A stretch of 64,000 nt of DNA. It comes from Vicugna vicugna. Taxonomy: Eukaryota. The stretch covers positions 1,380,057 through 1,444,056 of the forward strand of contig MU057930.1 of assembly GCA_013265495.1 (NCBI GenBank), written 5' to 3'. Positions 51,011 through 64,000 of the stretch are shown in pieces. Each line of letters starts with the position of its first letter. The first letter of the stretch is position 1. Under the pieces are notes generated by a model. That model saw only the letters and a program-made list of their open reading frames with translations, was not told the DNA's origin and did not search any database. The position numbers and the translations under genes are program-made.

Positions 51011-51305
51011 GATATGTTTGTAGGTCGGTCTGTCTATGTCTTTAGTTGCCCTTTCAACTGCAATTGTCAACTTTCACATGTATCTTCCAATTCACACTAA
51101 CATTCTTAAGATTAAGGGAAAAGATTCATCTGCCTCTATAATCCCAACCTAGAGCTAAAATAACTTAAGCCCTTAGTGAGTCTAGGAATGAATGAAGAAA
51201 TAAATGAGGCTGGTCAGAGGAGAGGCACTATCTGATACAGCTGTCCATCTCATTCTACATACAATGTTTTTCATTCCATTACGACAGGTGGGGTGAAGGG
51301 CATGA

Positions 51306-51650
51306 CTATATTAGTGAGTCTGGATAACAGGATACCATGGATGGGGTGGTTTAAATGATAAATATTTCTGTTTATCACAGTCCCTGAGGCAGAAAAGTCT
51401 AAGATCAAGCTGCTGGCAGATTCCGTTTCTGGTGAGGGCTCTCTTCCTGCCTTCCCAATGGCCATCTTCTCCTTAATGAGAATTCCCGTCTCTTTTCTAT
51501 CTCCTTATAAGGGCATTAATCTCACTCAGGAGGGCTCCACTTTTGTGACCTTGTTACCTCCTAAGAGCCCCATCTCCAAATGGGGTGACATTGGAGACTG
51601 AGCCTTCAATATATGAATTTTGGATGGGAAACCAACATTCAGTCAATAAT
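51306..51650 (-). mobile_element. MLT1 (MLT1A/B-like) LTR, antisense
   Basis: aagtctaagatcaag..ctggcagattccgtttctggtgagggctctcttcct...ttataagggcattaatc...aacattcagtc. Confidence 0.8.
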
Positions 51651-51850
51651 GGAGTATTTTTGCAGTTGGTAGGACAAGTGAAGGCTAACTGACTGCTGGA
51701 AAACAAGCAACTAGAAAACAAGCTGCAGCTAAATTTCCATGAGCTTAAAATACTATATTCAGACTTACTTGCTTAAAATGCACATGCTTGCTTTGTTTTA
51801 ATGTTTTACACAGTCAATGACCTATAATATGTATTATGCTAAAGAAAATT

Positions 51851-52348
51851 TGTGAGGGGCAATCCTGAGATTGACCCTAAGTGCATGAAGGAGGGCAGAC
51901 ATTTCCTTAGGGCACAACAATGGACGGTCCTGGAAAGCCAGAGCGTCCATTAACAGAACTTGGTTCTGGCATGAAAGCATGCGGTTTAACCCGAGGGAAG
52001 TATTTGCTATCTCGAGATGTCCCAGAGGCAGTAACAGGATAGACTTAGAAAATGTGCATACCCCGAGGAGGGTGACTGTTCCTGGAAGGGATGGGCCTGA
52101 CATTGATCAGTTAGCCAGCAAGCAGAACTTCGCGCTTATCCTGTGGAATATCTAAGGCCCCACCTCTTTGATCGCATTTCTTTCTGAGCTGTGTACTCCT
52201 CATAAATATGATGTCGACCAGGCTTTTGGGACTCTGGGTGCATGAGATCTTGAGTCCTCTGGTCCCATCTTTGCTCTTTTCTTTGTCTCTTTGTTTCTTA
52301 ACGTCGCCCGTCCTCAGACACGGTCCCGAGCTGCGCCGGATGCAGCAA
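51851..52348 (+). mobile_element. Probable ERV solo LTR
   Basis: TG start, cataaata TATA-like site (~52201), T/C-rich U5 and a GC-rich end ending in CA; family not identified. Confidence 0.5.
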
Positions 52349-55300
52349 TTGACCACAGCGAGTTCCAAGGTATCTATTATTCATGCCATGGACGCTGTAT
52401 TCAAGCCGCTTAATACTTCATTATTGGAAACATTTTATTCCACTTTTAATGGCAGACTGAAGTCATTGAACTTCCTTTTCTGATGACAGAAATGACTTGA
52501 AGACTTAAGTAGTTTTTATTTACATTGAAACACAAGTATGATATTTCTGACCTTCACTGGAGAAAGTTTCCACAGTCCCAGAGTTTGGGGAATGGATAGT
52601 ATTTTTCAGGAAAAAAAAAAAAGAGAGAGATAGAGAGAGAGACACTGTATAGCGTTGGCATGGGTAATAATGTCAAGGTTGATACTATGAAATGGATTGA
52701 GTTGCTAGGTATTTACAGAAATCTGTTTAGACAAAAAAGACCTTGTGAGGATACAATAGGAAAAAAAAAAAAGAGGAGACAACTACAAAATATTCCATTC
52801 TAATCGGCATAAAAGCTGGCTAGGCCAAGGTCGGAGATAGAGTTGCCAAAACAGCCCAGCTCTGCGTCAGGTACAGAAGTTATTTTTGTCTTAACAATGG
52901 CAAGCGTTTATGGTAATAGTGACAAAATGAGCCGAATCACACGGCAATGACATCATTAGGAATCAGAGGCTGAGCCAAGACGCTCTAATACGGGGATGTT
53001 CCACTGGAGCTTTTCGGGGCGCGGTAGAGCAACACACACGCACAACGGGTAATCACAAGGGGAGTCACTGGGCACCAGGTAAATGTATAAAAGATACTTG
53101 CTAACCTGCTGTCATTTCCCCCTATTCTTCACAAGAAGGGCTTTATTCATGGAATTCCTGGAAGGAGGGCTATCAATCATGGAATTTCAGATCAGTCATG
53201 AGCTTCCCATTATCAAGCCGCCAAGCTTGCCATGGAAGGGACTTTGCATATGGAGAGAGAAAGAGGGGAGCTCAGCATTTCAAGAGCCTAGGTTGAAGGC
53301 TGGAGAAGTTATTCACCCTACTCAATGATGAGTCTTCTTTCCTCTTACTTGGAGGTACCTTGGAGGCTTAAGTCTTACCCAGAGGGCAAAAATACCACTC
53401 AAATAAGGTGGAAGAAGTGGATCTTTGTAGACCCTGGTTGATCTGTACCATGCGTTCTCAACTGGAGACGGTAGTTGGACCTCAGGGGGCATAAGCAACT
53501 TACTGTTTCACGTAGAAAGCAAAGCAACATACATAAAAACACAGAGTATGTCTAACATTTCACAGGAGTAGGGGGAGAAATCAGGAGACAGTACGTCTAA
53601 AAATACTCCTGCAGGGAATGAAGATGAAAAACAAACAAACCAACAAACAAAAACCAAGACTGGGATGGACGATGTCGAGAAACGTTTCTACTGAATGAAC
53701 TGATCACTTGGGTTGGAAGTTCTGCCTCACGTAGCCTGCAGAGAAACATCTGTCTTTCCAAGGTGTTTTAACATCTAAATGAGTAGATGTATGTACACCT
53801 AGCAGACGCCCCCATTTGTCATAAGTACTCAAGCAGACGTCCAGGTATGGGTGCTCGGAAGGCTGAGTGCCACGTACCAACGAAAGAGTCAGGGGACCAG
53901 ATGAAGACTTCCATGATGGGGCTGATATCAGATTTTATTTTTATTTTTTATTTTTACATATACATATACATATACACACACACACACATATATTTTACCA
54001 CTGTAAACCCAGTGTCTTAAAAGGTAGTGGTGTACATTAATGACTACTGGTTAAAAGGATCAAACAATATTGCATGAGTGTATAAGGAGACTCTGCTTAT
54101 TCATAGATTCATGGAACCGTGATGCTCAGCCTTCAAACCTCAGCTGTCATGATCCCCACCAAACACTGGAAGACAATCCATTTATGGGGCACTCACACGT
54201 CCTCTTCTGTCCACATGAGTCGGAGCCGTTGCTTGGCAATATGCCTGATTTAGACGTCATGGTGGCCCACGATGAATGAGCTCCATCCAGTCTGTTGGGA
54301 TTTCCTGAAAGTATGACTATGAAGAAACTTGATGCTGTATTTTGCCCTTTCCTCCTGAATCTCCATGGAGCTGGTTCATACACTCGGGTTATGGTCCACA
54401 TCTCTTGCTTGAGCAGGAGGTGGGGAGCAAAGGTCATTTATGTATCTTTCTTTTCATCGTTGGAGAAGTTGATTTTTTTTTTTTTGAGGGTAGTCTGTGA
54501 ATATCCCTCTTAGTCAAAATAAATTTGCTTTCCTTGGACTAAGTTTCTCCCTTCCATCTGGTGGCCATGCATCTTCATCCTCGAATTGGAAAACCACCCA
54601 TCAGGCAACAGTAGGGACATACGATGAAATACCTTGGCTGACCTTGACAAGCAGACCACTCTTACCCACACTGTTACGAACGGGTAGCAAGCTTCTCGCA
54701 TGTTTGAACCATGGCTGGGGCGTCTCTCTTGGTGACAGCAGTTTAGCCTCTATGCAAACTGCTTCAAATCTCCATTGTCTGTAAGATTTGATCCAATATC
54801 CTTAAAAGAGCTTATCATATTCTTAACCAACAATATCCTGCAGCATTTTCAAGCTGCTCCATACGTGTTGTCCGGACAGTAATGTTCAAGTGTCCCACCT
54901 GAGTTCCAACCAGAAGCTTTTGAGCGGTTACGTGTCACTGCCAGTTTCTTACTCTTTCTCTCAGAAGCAAGAAAGGTGTGTTCCAGGTGGCGTTTGCACC
55001 ACAGACCTTACCATGTAACACGAATAAAGCGTAACACATCCTTGATTAAGTCCGTCCGTTTTGAGGACTGCTTGTTACTACACCTTTATCTAGAGAAATG
55101 AATACACATTACTGAAAATGAAATGAAACGAAATGACACAAAATAATCATTCACGTAGTCCCTCAGGAAGACATCTGCATTTTACTTTTGAATTACATGA
55201 GTATCAGCTGAGGATGGATATTTAGAATTTTCCTCTGCTTAGAAAAATGACTGAATTTCTTCATGTTTTCCAGAGGCACATGCTGAGGCCAAGACTCTGG

Positions 55301-55460
55301 GGGCAATGACTTGTCCAGGAAGAACTCCAAGGAGACACAGGAAACTGGGTGGGGGGTGAAGCAGAAGAAGAAAGAGGAAGACACGGTGAAATATTAAATT
55401 ACAGATGATGTCTCAAGGAATCTCTGGGCATATCCAGGTTTTTTCTATGCTTCTTTTTCC

Positions 55461-56302
55461 TTTTTTTGAATTGAGGTAGAGTCAGTTTACAATGTTGTGT
55501 CAATTTCTGGTGTACAGCACAACGCTTCAGTCATACATGGATATACATACATTCATTTTCATATTCTTTTTCACCAGGAGCCACTACAAGACACTAAATA
55601 TATTCGCCTGTGCTATACAGTATAAACCTGTTTATCTATTTTATATATACCTGTCAGTATCTTCAAATCTCCATCTCCCAGTTTATCCCTTCCCACCCCC
55701 TTTGCCTCGGCAACCATAAGCTGGTTTACCATGTCTGTGAGTCTGTCTCTGTTTTGTAGATGGGTTCATTTGTATTTTTTTTTAATATTCCACATATGAG
55801 CGATCTCACATGGCATTTTTCTTTCTCTTTCTGGCTTACTTCACTTAGAATGACATTCTCCAGGAGCATGCATGTTGCTGCAAATGGCATTATGTTGTCG
55901 GTTTTTATGGCTGAGTAGTATTCCATTGTATAAATATACCACTTCTTCTTTATCCAGTCACCTGTTGATGGCTATTTAGGTTGTTTCCATGTTTTGGCTA
56001 TTGTAAATAGTGCTGCTATGAACATTGGGGAGCAGGTGTCTTTGTGAAGTAGGATTCCTTCTGGATATATGCCCAGGAGCGGGATTCCTGGGTCATATGG
56101 TAAGTCTATTCCTAGTCTTCTGAGGAATCTCCATACTCTTTTCCACAGTGGCTGCACCAAACTGCATTCCCACCAGCAGAGCAGGAGGGTTCCCTTTTCT
56201 CCACAGCCTCTCCAGCATTTGTCATTTGTGGACTTTTGAATGATGGCCGTTCTGCCTGGTGTGAGGTGAAACCTCATGGTAGTTTCAATTTGCGCTTCTC
56301 TC
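55461..56302 (-). mobile_element. L1 3' portion (ORF2 C-terminus and 3' UTR), antisense
   Basis: Minus-strand ORFs give [27 protein letters not shown]... and [18 protein letters not shown]...; polyT at the left end. Confidence 0.95.
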
Positions 56303-59171
56303 CACGTTTCTAACCACTCCATCTAGAGACTACATGTGCATAACGAAAACTGTGAGATGAGAATGCCAAGCAACCCTTGGCTTTTCATTTGTCCTTGGGA
56401 TTCAGAGACCGGTTGATTCACTGGAATTCAAGACAGTCTGAGAGATGGCGTCTCTCTGGTCCCTGGCTGACTCATGCCCTCTCTATTCAAATCTCATATT
56501 GGGGTGTGTGTGGGGGACGTTTGCAGAATTCTCTGACCATCATCAATGATTTCCTTCATTATGTCTGCCATGTGTAATTAGAATTCACAAAATTTCCATT
56601 CGAAGTTATAAGAGGATGAATTAGGTTTTGCTAACCAGGGACTAATTTGAGTCAGAAGATGCAGAAGGTATTTTTGAAGAATATTGTACATTTCATTGCC
56701 CTGGGTGTCTTTTTTTTTTTTTTTCTAAACACGGTGTGATACTATCTTTCAAAAGTGATTCTGATTTCATTCTGCGGAAGAATCCTTAGCCCGAGTTGAT
56801 TAAAGCCCTCGCTGGAATTTTTATTGATGGATACTGAAGAGCTGTCACGATTAACAGGATTAAACAGATGCAACAAACAGTAGTATTTTCATGGGACCCT
56901 CTTCCCCAGAGTCACCGGAAATTCACATTGATGTGCGTGAAATTTTGGTAGGTCCTCCGTCGCACAACTTGAAAATGAGAGTCATTTTCCTGTTATTAAT
57001 TGAATGTCAATGTATTTAAAAGGCGTCATTCTGGGTATCGGAATTCATTAATAACAATGCTGCATAAAGCAACAGAAACAGCTGTGTAAGAATTTAGTGT
57101 AGCCTTCCCCTCGGTCTTGAAATCACTGCATCTTGCTTTGCCCAAACTGGTAATGGAAAAAAACAGAAAAGCGTATAATTGCTACAGACGAACAGATTTC
57201 CTGTTTCCACGGTTTCTTAGAAATATACGACTGACGGTTCTGAATTTACCTTTATGCATCGGAACATTTGGAAGACTAGGAAATGGAAGCAATTTTCTCC
57301 CCTCTCTTCCTTATTTTTATAATCAAATTGTCTAAACAGTTCAGAGAACATGTAATCCAGGGTTTAGGGTTATTCACATAATCACATCAATTCTCCAAAT
57401 TTAAAGGATTGCAAAGACAGTTCCAACTTGAGAGAGAAACAGTTGTGAAATCTTAGGAAAAAGAAATAACGAATGAATTGGAAAGCAAAGCACATGTGCT
57501 ATGGGTCCATATTAATCACATCGCTCTCTTTCTAGCAAGACATGTAAACAGTATGCATGAAGTCCCCAATCCAGATTACCACGCCGTGTGCGCGTGTGTA
57601 TGCATGTGCGTGCTTCTGCACGCATGAGCGTTTGTACATAAATCTGGGGAAGAAGGAATGCTTACGAAAACGAGTGTTTGTGTATATATCAGGTGAAGAA
57701 GGAATGTTTACAAGATTACAGAACTGAAAAGCATCACTTAAATAACTTCACTTCATCCAAACAACCAAGCAAGCACCTTAGTCTAACTCAAACACAATTT
57801 CCTTTCTATTGGTGATTCTTCCTTACAAATAGTATGTGACACCATCTAGGGATCAACGGAAATCTATTTAAAAGAATAAAAACTGTCACTTGGGAGGAAA
57901 CGGGCGTAAGGGTTTCGTGTCGTCTCTTGGGGATGCTGTCTGCATTCTGTAGCTCGTTTTTCCTGAGTGTGATGTCTCAGCGGCGAAGCAAATGGCCCCT
58001 GTGTGTGTCTGTCTCACAGGGAAGTGGAGGTTGTAACCCACATCTCCGCACAGTGTCTTTCAAGTTTACCTCCAGGATCCCTGTCCAGCAACTGAATTCT
58101 GAGTAAAGAGCTTTTCACGCAAAACTCAAATCAACAAATATTTCTCTTTAGTATCTATTTATTCATGCTCTTGTCACTGTTTTCGTGACAAGGTTTTGAA
58201 CAAAAGGCATGCGCACCTGGTAAGCCTCCACAGGTGGACTGAAACAAAGCACCATCACTGCCCGTAGCATTTGAAGGATTTTTGTAAATGCCTCCATCAC
58301 TTACATAGCTCATAATAGAAATACAGTGTGTCTTCTGCAGGTGAAGTCTGCCTTATTTTGTCCCTGATGGGTTGTCAGAGTGAATCTCGTCTGCCACTTG
58401 CAACAAATATTCTCGATTTGTTGTTCGAATTCCAGAATGTTTCACGTGGACGTTTCTCATTTTGCTTACACATGTATGCAAATAAATACACTTATCATTT
58501 AGTACGTCTATACATCGTATATCTATAGGCACATGAAAATCGACAGGTGTATAGACACGTGTGCATAACTGGTAATGAACACATATGGTAGTATGTACTG
58601 AACGCCCTTTAGCAAATATTTTAGCATCGTGCCATTGGGTTGTATATAATGAGGCTGTTTCGACGTCTGAACATATGCTTATAGAAGCAGGGTTTTGTTT
58701 ATGCGATGATAAGAATTCTGTTCACTGCAAAACTTCTCAATAGCACACGACGGTTGCATGTTTGATCGCCTTAGGTATCTTCATGAAGGGAATTTTTTAA
58801 ATCTAGTCACTGCTGTAAGAGGAAAAGTGGGTCTCCTAAGGCGAGCAGTATAAGCTGACAGCTTTGACATGAAGATGCTCCGGTGCTTGGGGGTTTTATT
58901 TGGCCCTGGGTTGCGGTGGAGGGGTTTCAGGTCGGACAGAAAAGCAAGTTGTGGGAGGGGCTTAGTGAAGTAAAGGCAAGACAAAGATGAAAAAGGTGAC
59001 ATTAAAATCACGTTTTTTAGGCACCCAAAATCTAAGCTACACAAAATTAAGATAATGTAGTCTGCAGCAGTAAATTAGACCTTAGTTAAATAGTTTTGAA
59101 TAAAATAACTCAGAAAGAGTGTACCTGAAATCACTCCCTTTGGCTTTCTTTGATTCTGACCAATCCAAAGT

Positions 59172-59690
59172 CTTTTTTTTTTAATTGAGTATAGATTATT
59201 TACAATGTTGTCTTAGTTTCTGGTGTAGAGCTTAGTGATTCAGTGTGTATATATATATTGCTTTTCAGATTATTTTTCATTATATGTTATCATAAGATAT
59301 TGAATATAGTTCCCTGTACTAGACAGTAGGACCTTGTTGTTTATCTATTTCATATACAGTAGCATGTATCTGTTAATCCCAAACTCCTAATTTATCCCTC
59401 CTGTCTTTCCCCTTTGGTGACTACAAGTTGGTTTTCTATCTCTGTGAGTCTGTTTCTGTCTTGTAAATAAGTTCATTTGTATCATTTTCTTTAGATTTCA
59501 TGTATAATTGATATCATATGATATTTGTCTTTCTCTGTCTGACTTACTTCACTTAGAATGATGATCTCCAGGTCCATCCATATTGCTGCAAACAGCATTA
59601 TTTCATTTTTTATGGCTGAGTAGTATTCCACTGTATAAAGATACTACCTCTTCTTTATTCAGCCATCTGTTGATGGATATTTAGGTCATT
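59172..59690 (-). mobile_element. L1 3' end, antisense
   Basis: PolyT, ttacaatgttg...gacttacttcacttagaatgatgatctccaggtccatcca...ggctgagtagtattcca. Confidence 0.9.
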
Positions 59691-60044
59691 TAGTCTTCTT
59701 TCTCTCCTTCACTCCACCATCACAAGCCTCCTAATTCTGTCTCCACTCCTTTACATGGGTACATATATTCAAACTCATGCATATATTCAGACGGGGTAAT
59801 TTTCCAACATGTGTTTCAAATGAAAAAGACAAGATTCAGAAGCCTGTCCTTAGAGTTACCGCTGGCCAAACACACACATATAAGCTTTCATTTTTATGAT
59901 CATGTTGAAATGACTCACAACAGATAAAAACAGGCATTTATTTCTGGCACAAAACAGATGGTGGGGACCTTTGTAGGAGGGGCCATTATTTTTCTGTTGT
60001 GCAGACTCAAAACCTAACTTTTAAATTTAAGAAATGCAGCTCTG

Positions 60045-60240
60045 TAACAACTATATATAAAACAGGTAAACAACAAGTTCATACTGTACAGCACAGGGAA
60101 CTATAGTCAATATCTTATAGTACCGTACAGTGAAAAAGAACATGAAAACAAATATATATATGTTCACGTATGACTGAAGCACCATGCTGCACACCAGAAA
60201 TTGACACAACATTGTAAACTGACTCTACTTCAAAAAAAAT
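60045..60240 (+). mobile_element. L1 3' UTR fragment
   Basis: gcacagggaactatag...caccagaaattgacacaacattgtaaactgac and A tail. Confidence 0.85.
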
Positions 60241-61229
60241 TAATGTATGTATAAAGAATGCAGATCTGCAAAACACTTAAATCACATTTTTTGTGCCGTG
60301 ATTTTTTTGGGGGGGAGGGAATACATCTTTTTCAGTCTTCATCTAAATGATAAGCACAGTCACTTGGCATTTCATCTGCCGTGAGCCATTTTAATACTAA
60401 CATCCTGAACTGTACTTGATATTCAGCTCTTATTCCTGATTGCATTATAATTAAGCTTTCCCGCCTGGCACGCTGATGTGATTCACCCACGTGACAAGCC
60501 TTTCCTGAGATCAAGATTCATTACATCAGCTTGTTTAGTGAAGCCCTCTCCTGTATCCTTCCTCTTAAAAAAAAAAAAGAAAGAAAATAAAGGAGTCATA
60601 AAAGTAATGGAGAAAGGTTCATTATCCAGAGTCAACATTGCTTCTTTTCACCCTTCAATGAAATATTGATGCAGTGTTTTGTTTGTAAGCTACAGATGTA
60701 CGTCCAGAGAAAATACCTTGTAATTTTGTATGTCATTGTTGTTTACAGTCTATGAGGGCTAAGATGTAACCATGATGTAACCAAGAGGAGCCAGGGTGAA
60801 GATACAGTCAAAGGCTATCCTGTCTTTCAGGAATGAGAAGCTAATTGGTTATGACTTCAATTAAGTAGCCTCTGGTGTTCAATAGAGCCTTTTCTTGTTG
60901 GAGAAGAAACATAGTAAAAACGTGTAACACTACAGCTGGCACAAACTGTGAAGGTAAGTACATATAACTTCTTCATTTAACAGAACAAGGAAACTGTTAT
61001 TTGAGACCCACAGGATCTTGACAACCAGTTCAAGATCACTTAGCAAATAATTAGTTAACTCCAGGAAAATAATCTAAATGATTCATCTTGTTCTAATGCT
61101 TTTTTCTTGCTTCATGTTGCTTCTGACACAAAGGTAGGACTGATTAGATTATCTGGAGTCATAATAATAATGCCAACCAGTTCTGCTGAGTAATTGCTTC
61201 CTGGGCCAAGCCCTGCCCACTGTTTAAGA

Positions 61230-61350
61230 TACTTTATTTTATTTACATTTCTTCAACAATTCCATGAGGCAGATACAATTACTCTCATTTGACAGAAGCA
61301 ATGACTTGGATAAAGATCAATGATTACCCCAAAACCCAGAGCTAGAGACT
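61230..61350. mobile_element. MIR core remnant
   Basis: aacaattccatgaggcagatacaattactctcatttgacagaag...cccaaaacccagagctag resembles the MIR core. Confidence 0.5.
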
Positions 61351-61404
61351 GTTAGAGGATGGAGTAAGGAGAAGATTATTTCATTTGAAAAGTGAGTGTT
61401 TTTT

Positions 61405-62000
61405 TCTGAGCATATATCTGGAAAGACAGAAACTCTACTTCAAAATGACACCTGCACCCCAATGTTCACAGCAGCACTATTTACCATACTCAAGACATGA
61501 AAGCAACCTAAGTGTCCACAGACGACTGGATAAAGATGTGGTATCTTTAGATGATGGAATACTATTCAGCCATAAAAAAGAATAAAATAATGCCATTTGC
61601 ATCAACGCAGATGGACTTAGAGATTATGACACTAAATTAAGTAAGTCAGACAAAGACAAATACAAGAAATCACGTATATGTGGAATCTAAAATATGAATT
61701 TATTTACAAATTGGAAACAGACTCACAGACACAGAAAACAAACCTAGGTTTACCAGGGGCAATGGGGGTGGGCAGGGATAAATCGGGGGTCCAGGATTTG
61801 CAGATACCAATTACTATATATAAAATAGATAAACAACAAGGTCCTACTCTATAGCACAGGGAACTACATTCATGATATTATAATAAATATAATGTAAAAG
61901 AATCTGAAAAAGAATATATATATATGTGTGTGTGTGTATAATCACTGCTGTACACAGGAAACACAACCTTGTAAATCAACTGTACTTCATTTTTTTTTAA
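61405..62000 (+). mobile_element. L1 3' end
   Basis: gacacctgcaccccaatgttcacagcagcactattt...atagcacagggaactac...tgtaaatcaactg. Confidence 0.9.
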
Positions 62001-63494
62001 AGTGAGTATTTAATTTTTATGAATTCTATTTTAAAACTTCATAAACTATTCTTCAGATTTTCTGGAGGCAGAAATTTTTTTGTCACCGTTCTTGTCTTTC
62101 CTGCCTAAGAGTTCCCACATTCATCATCCGGCTGTTACTTTTACGCGTCTGCACAAAATAAGTGTACATTATTTTATTCTGGCCCTCAATCTGTTCACTA
62201 ACTCCTAATGGGATTTTTTTTTTCCTCCCACTGTAAGTAATTGGTAAATTTTCACATGCGTATATACATTCAAGACGCTTCGCTACTGACAAATAATACA
62301 TCATGATCTTCACACGGGTAAATCTACCATCTCTTCAAAAATTAAAGAGACTCGTTGAACGATCTGACATTTATTCATTCAGAAAATGTTCACAGGGTAA
62401 TGGCTATACTTCAGTTTGGGACTCTACAGTGTGGATGGGAAGTCTGTTATGATGTAGGCGTGTCCGTGGTTATACCAGCCTCTTCACGACGGATCTTTAT
62501 CAGCTGAACCTCACGTCTGGAAATAGGGCTTTAAAATATGACTCATTTTGGACATTTCACTTTCGCAGCCCCCTCCTTATAGTCCAGTAACGATATTTTT
62601 TTTCCTCTAAGGTTCTAGACGTAAGACCAGGGTGTGGTCATCTCAGCATAAAGATGCCCATCCAGGTGGGCGGCTTCTCAAGGAGGGCCCTGCACGTAGA
62701 TGTGGACTGGGCCAACATTCCAGCATGTCACTGGTGGGTAAAACTGACTCCTTTTGTGAACATGATGTAAGGTTTCACCCTGTCATTTGCCATTAGGAGA
62801 TCTGACACATTTCTGTGGATGCCTGCCTGGGGCTTTGACTACGGTGTTCAGAAAGCTGGGTGGCTCCCTTCCCTGTCATTTCTTGCTGCCCTGGGGGTAC
62901 TCGGCCAAAAAGACAGCGTGATCTTTGTTTTCAGCCCACAGAGCTGCAGAAAAATGCAGCACTAAAGGATGAAGGCCCGCTGCAAGATGAATGCATTCAT
63001 CTACAGACTTTTCTCGTGTTTCCCTGGGGAGGCAATAACGTTACTTGAAAATCCTGCCGGAACGTAACTTCCCCCGCGCACTGACTGTTTCCCCCTAACG
63101 TCTACTATTATGCCCCTTATTTTAAGGTAAGTGCATCCCTGTGAACAGTTACTACCTCTACCCACAAAGCAATTCCTGAATTATTACCTGGAATTTTATG
63201 CGTACGAATTTGTAAGTGAAAGCCAGCGAGACTTTTTTTTTCCACATATGAAAGCTTCACCTCACTGACAACTAAGGGGAATGCAAAAGCTTTCAATGTT
63301 ATAGATACTTTTATACTGATTTATAGACAAATCAATTAACACTGTCCACACCTGTAGTTTACTTTCAATACTTTAGTTACAATCAAAGAGATTGAAACGG
63401 ACTTTGACAGTGTAAGGGTGTTGGATAAGATGTAAAATGCAATAGAATAAAAAATAAGAACTTTGTACACTGGGGGAAGGCAAGGAGCTGGTAC

Positions 63495-63905
63495 ATTGAA
63501 AAAGAATGACATTCTGCCATTTGCAGCAACGCAGATGGAGTTCGAGAATATTAGGCTGGGTGAAGTCAGTCAGATAAAGACAGATGCTGTGTGATATCAC
63601 GTCCATGTGGAATCTAAGAAGTAAAACAAATGAACGTGTACAGCAAAACAGAAGCAGACTCACAGATCTAGAGAACAAACCTGTGGGGAGAGGGAAGGGG
63701 AAGGGGGAGGACGGGGGAGAGAATGAAGAGCTATAAACAATTAGGTACAAACTACACAAGCTACAAGGACACATTGTACAACACACGGAATGTAGACATT
63801 GTTTTGGAATAACTTTAAGTGGAGTGTGAGCTATAAAAAATATTGAATTGGGTTGTATTCCTGAAACTAATACAATATTACAAATTATACTTCAATTTAA
63901 AAACG
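63495..63905 (+). mobile_element. Older L1 (L1MA/MB-like) 3' end
   Basis: aaaagaatgacattctgccatttgcagcaac...gcagactcacagatctagagaacaaac...cctgaaactaatacaatatt. Confidence 0.85.
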
Positions 63906-64000
63906 AGAGAGCTGACAGTAAAGAGAAGACTGGAATGAGCTCGGGTTCCTGGGGGTTGCAGAAATAAACCAGCATGTGCGGATGTCCTGATTTTTGCTAT

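Noticed and set aside
50090..51070. 326-aa and 272-aa minus-strand ORFs
   Set aside because: Translations of the TCCA/TCTA microsatellite (SIHP/YLSI repeats), not genes.
54070..54960. Cluster of 60-96-aa ORFs, possibly a retroviral internal region or pseudogene
   Set aside because: No gag/pol/env or cellular protein motifs recognised in the ORF translations or the parts I read by eye.
57355..57375. Telomere-like gggtttagggtt
   Set aside because: Only one to two units; expected by chance.
57585..57627. Alternating purine-pyrimidine tract with a small hairpin (Z-DNA candidate)
   Set aside because: Short and interrupted; consistent with a decayed (TG)n microsatellite.

Overview
AT-rich mammalian non-coding DNA (intergenic or deep intronic). 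I could not recognise any host protein-coding exon, RNA gene or CRISPR/prokaryotic element. The window is mostly interspersed repeats. These are many LINE-1 (L1) fragments of different ages, seven tRNA-derived SINEs resembling the camelid Vic-1 type (so the source is probably a camelid; inference), about six ERV solo LTRs, four MLT1 (MaLR) LTRs, one MER20 and several simple repeats. The only long real ORF (8011-9483) is the C-terminal part of L1 ORF2, inside a young 5'-inverted (twin-primed) insertion. The least explained structure is a ~4 kb, highly degenerate, single-orientation tandem array of a ~34-bp motif (18.7-22.8 kb) that I cannot assign to a known repeat family. Also notable: a local ~170-bp templated duplication, a candidate L1 3' transduction, a 129-bp higher-order repeat inside a GGAT/GATA microsatellite, a nested hairpin/pseudoknot-like scar, and signs of AT->GC-biased substitution. 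I see no convincing evidence of a novel multi-gene system. Repeat family names and boundaries are by eye and approximate.
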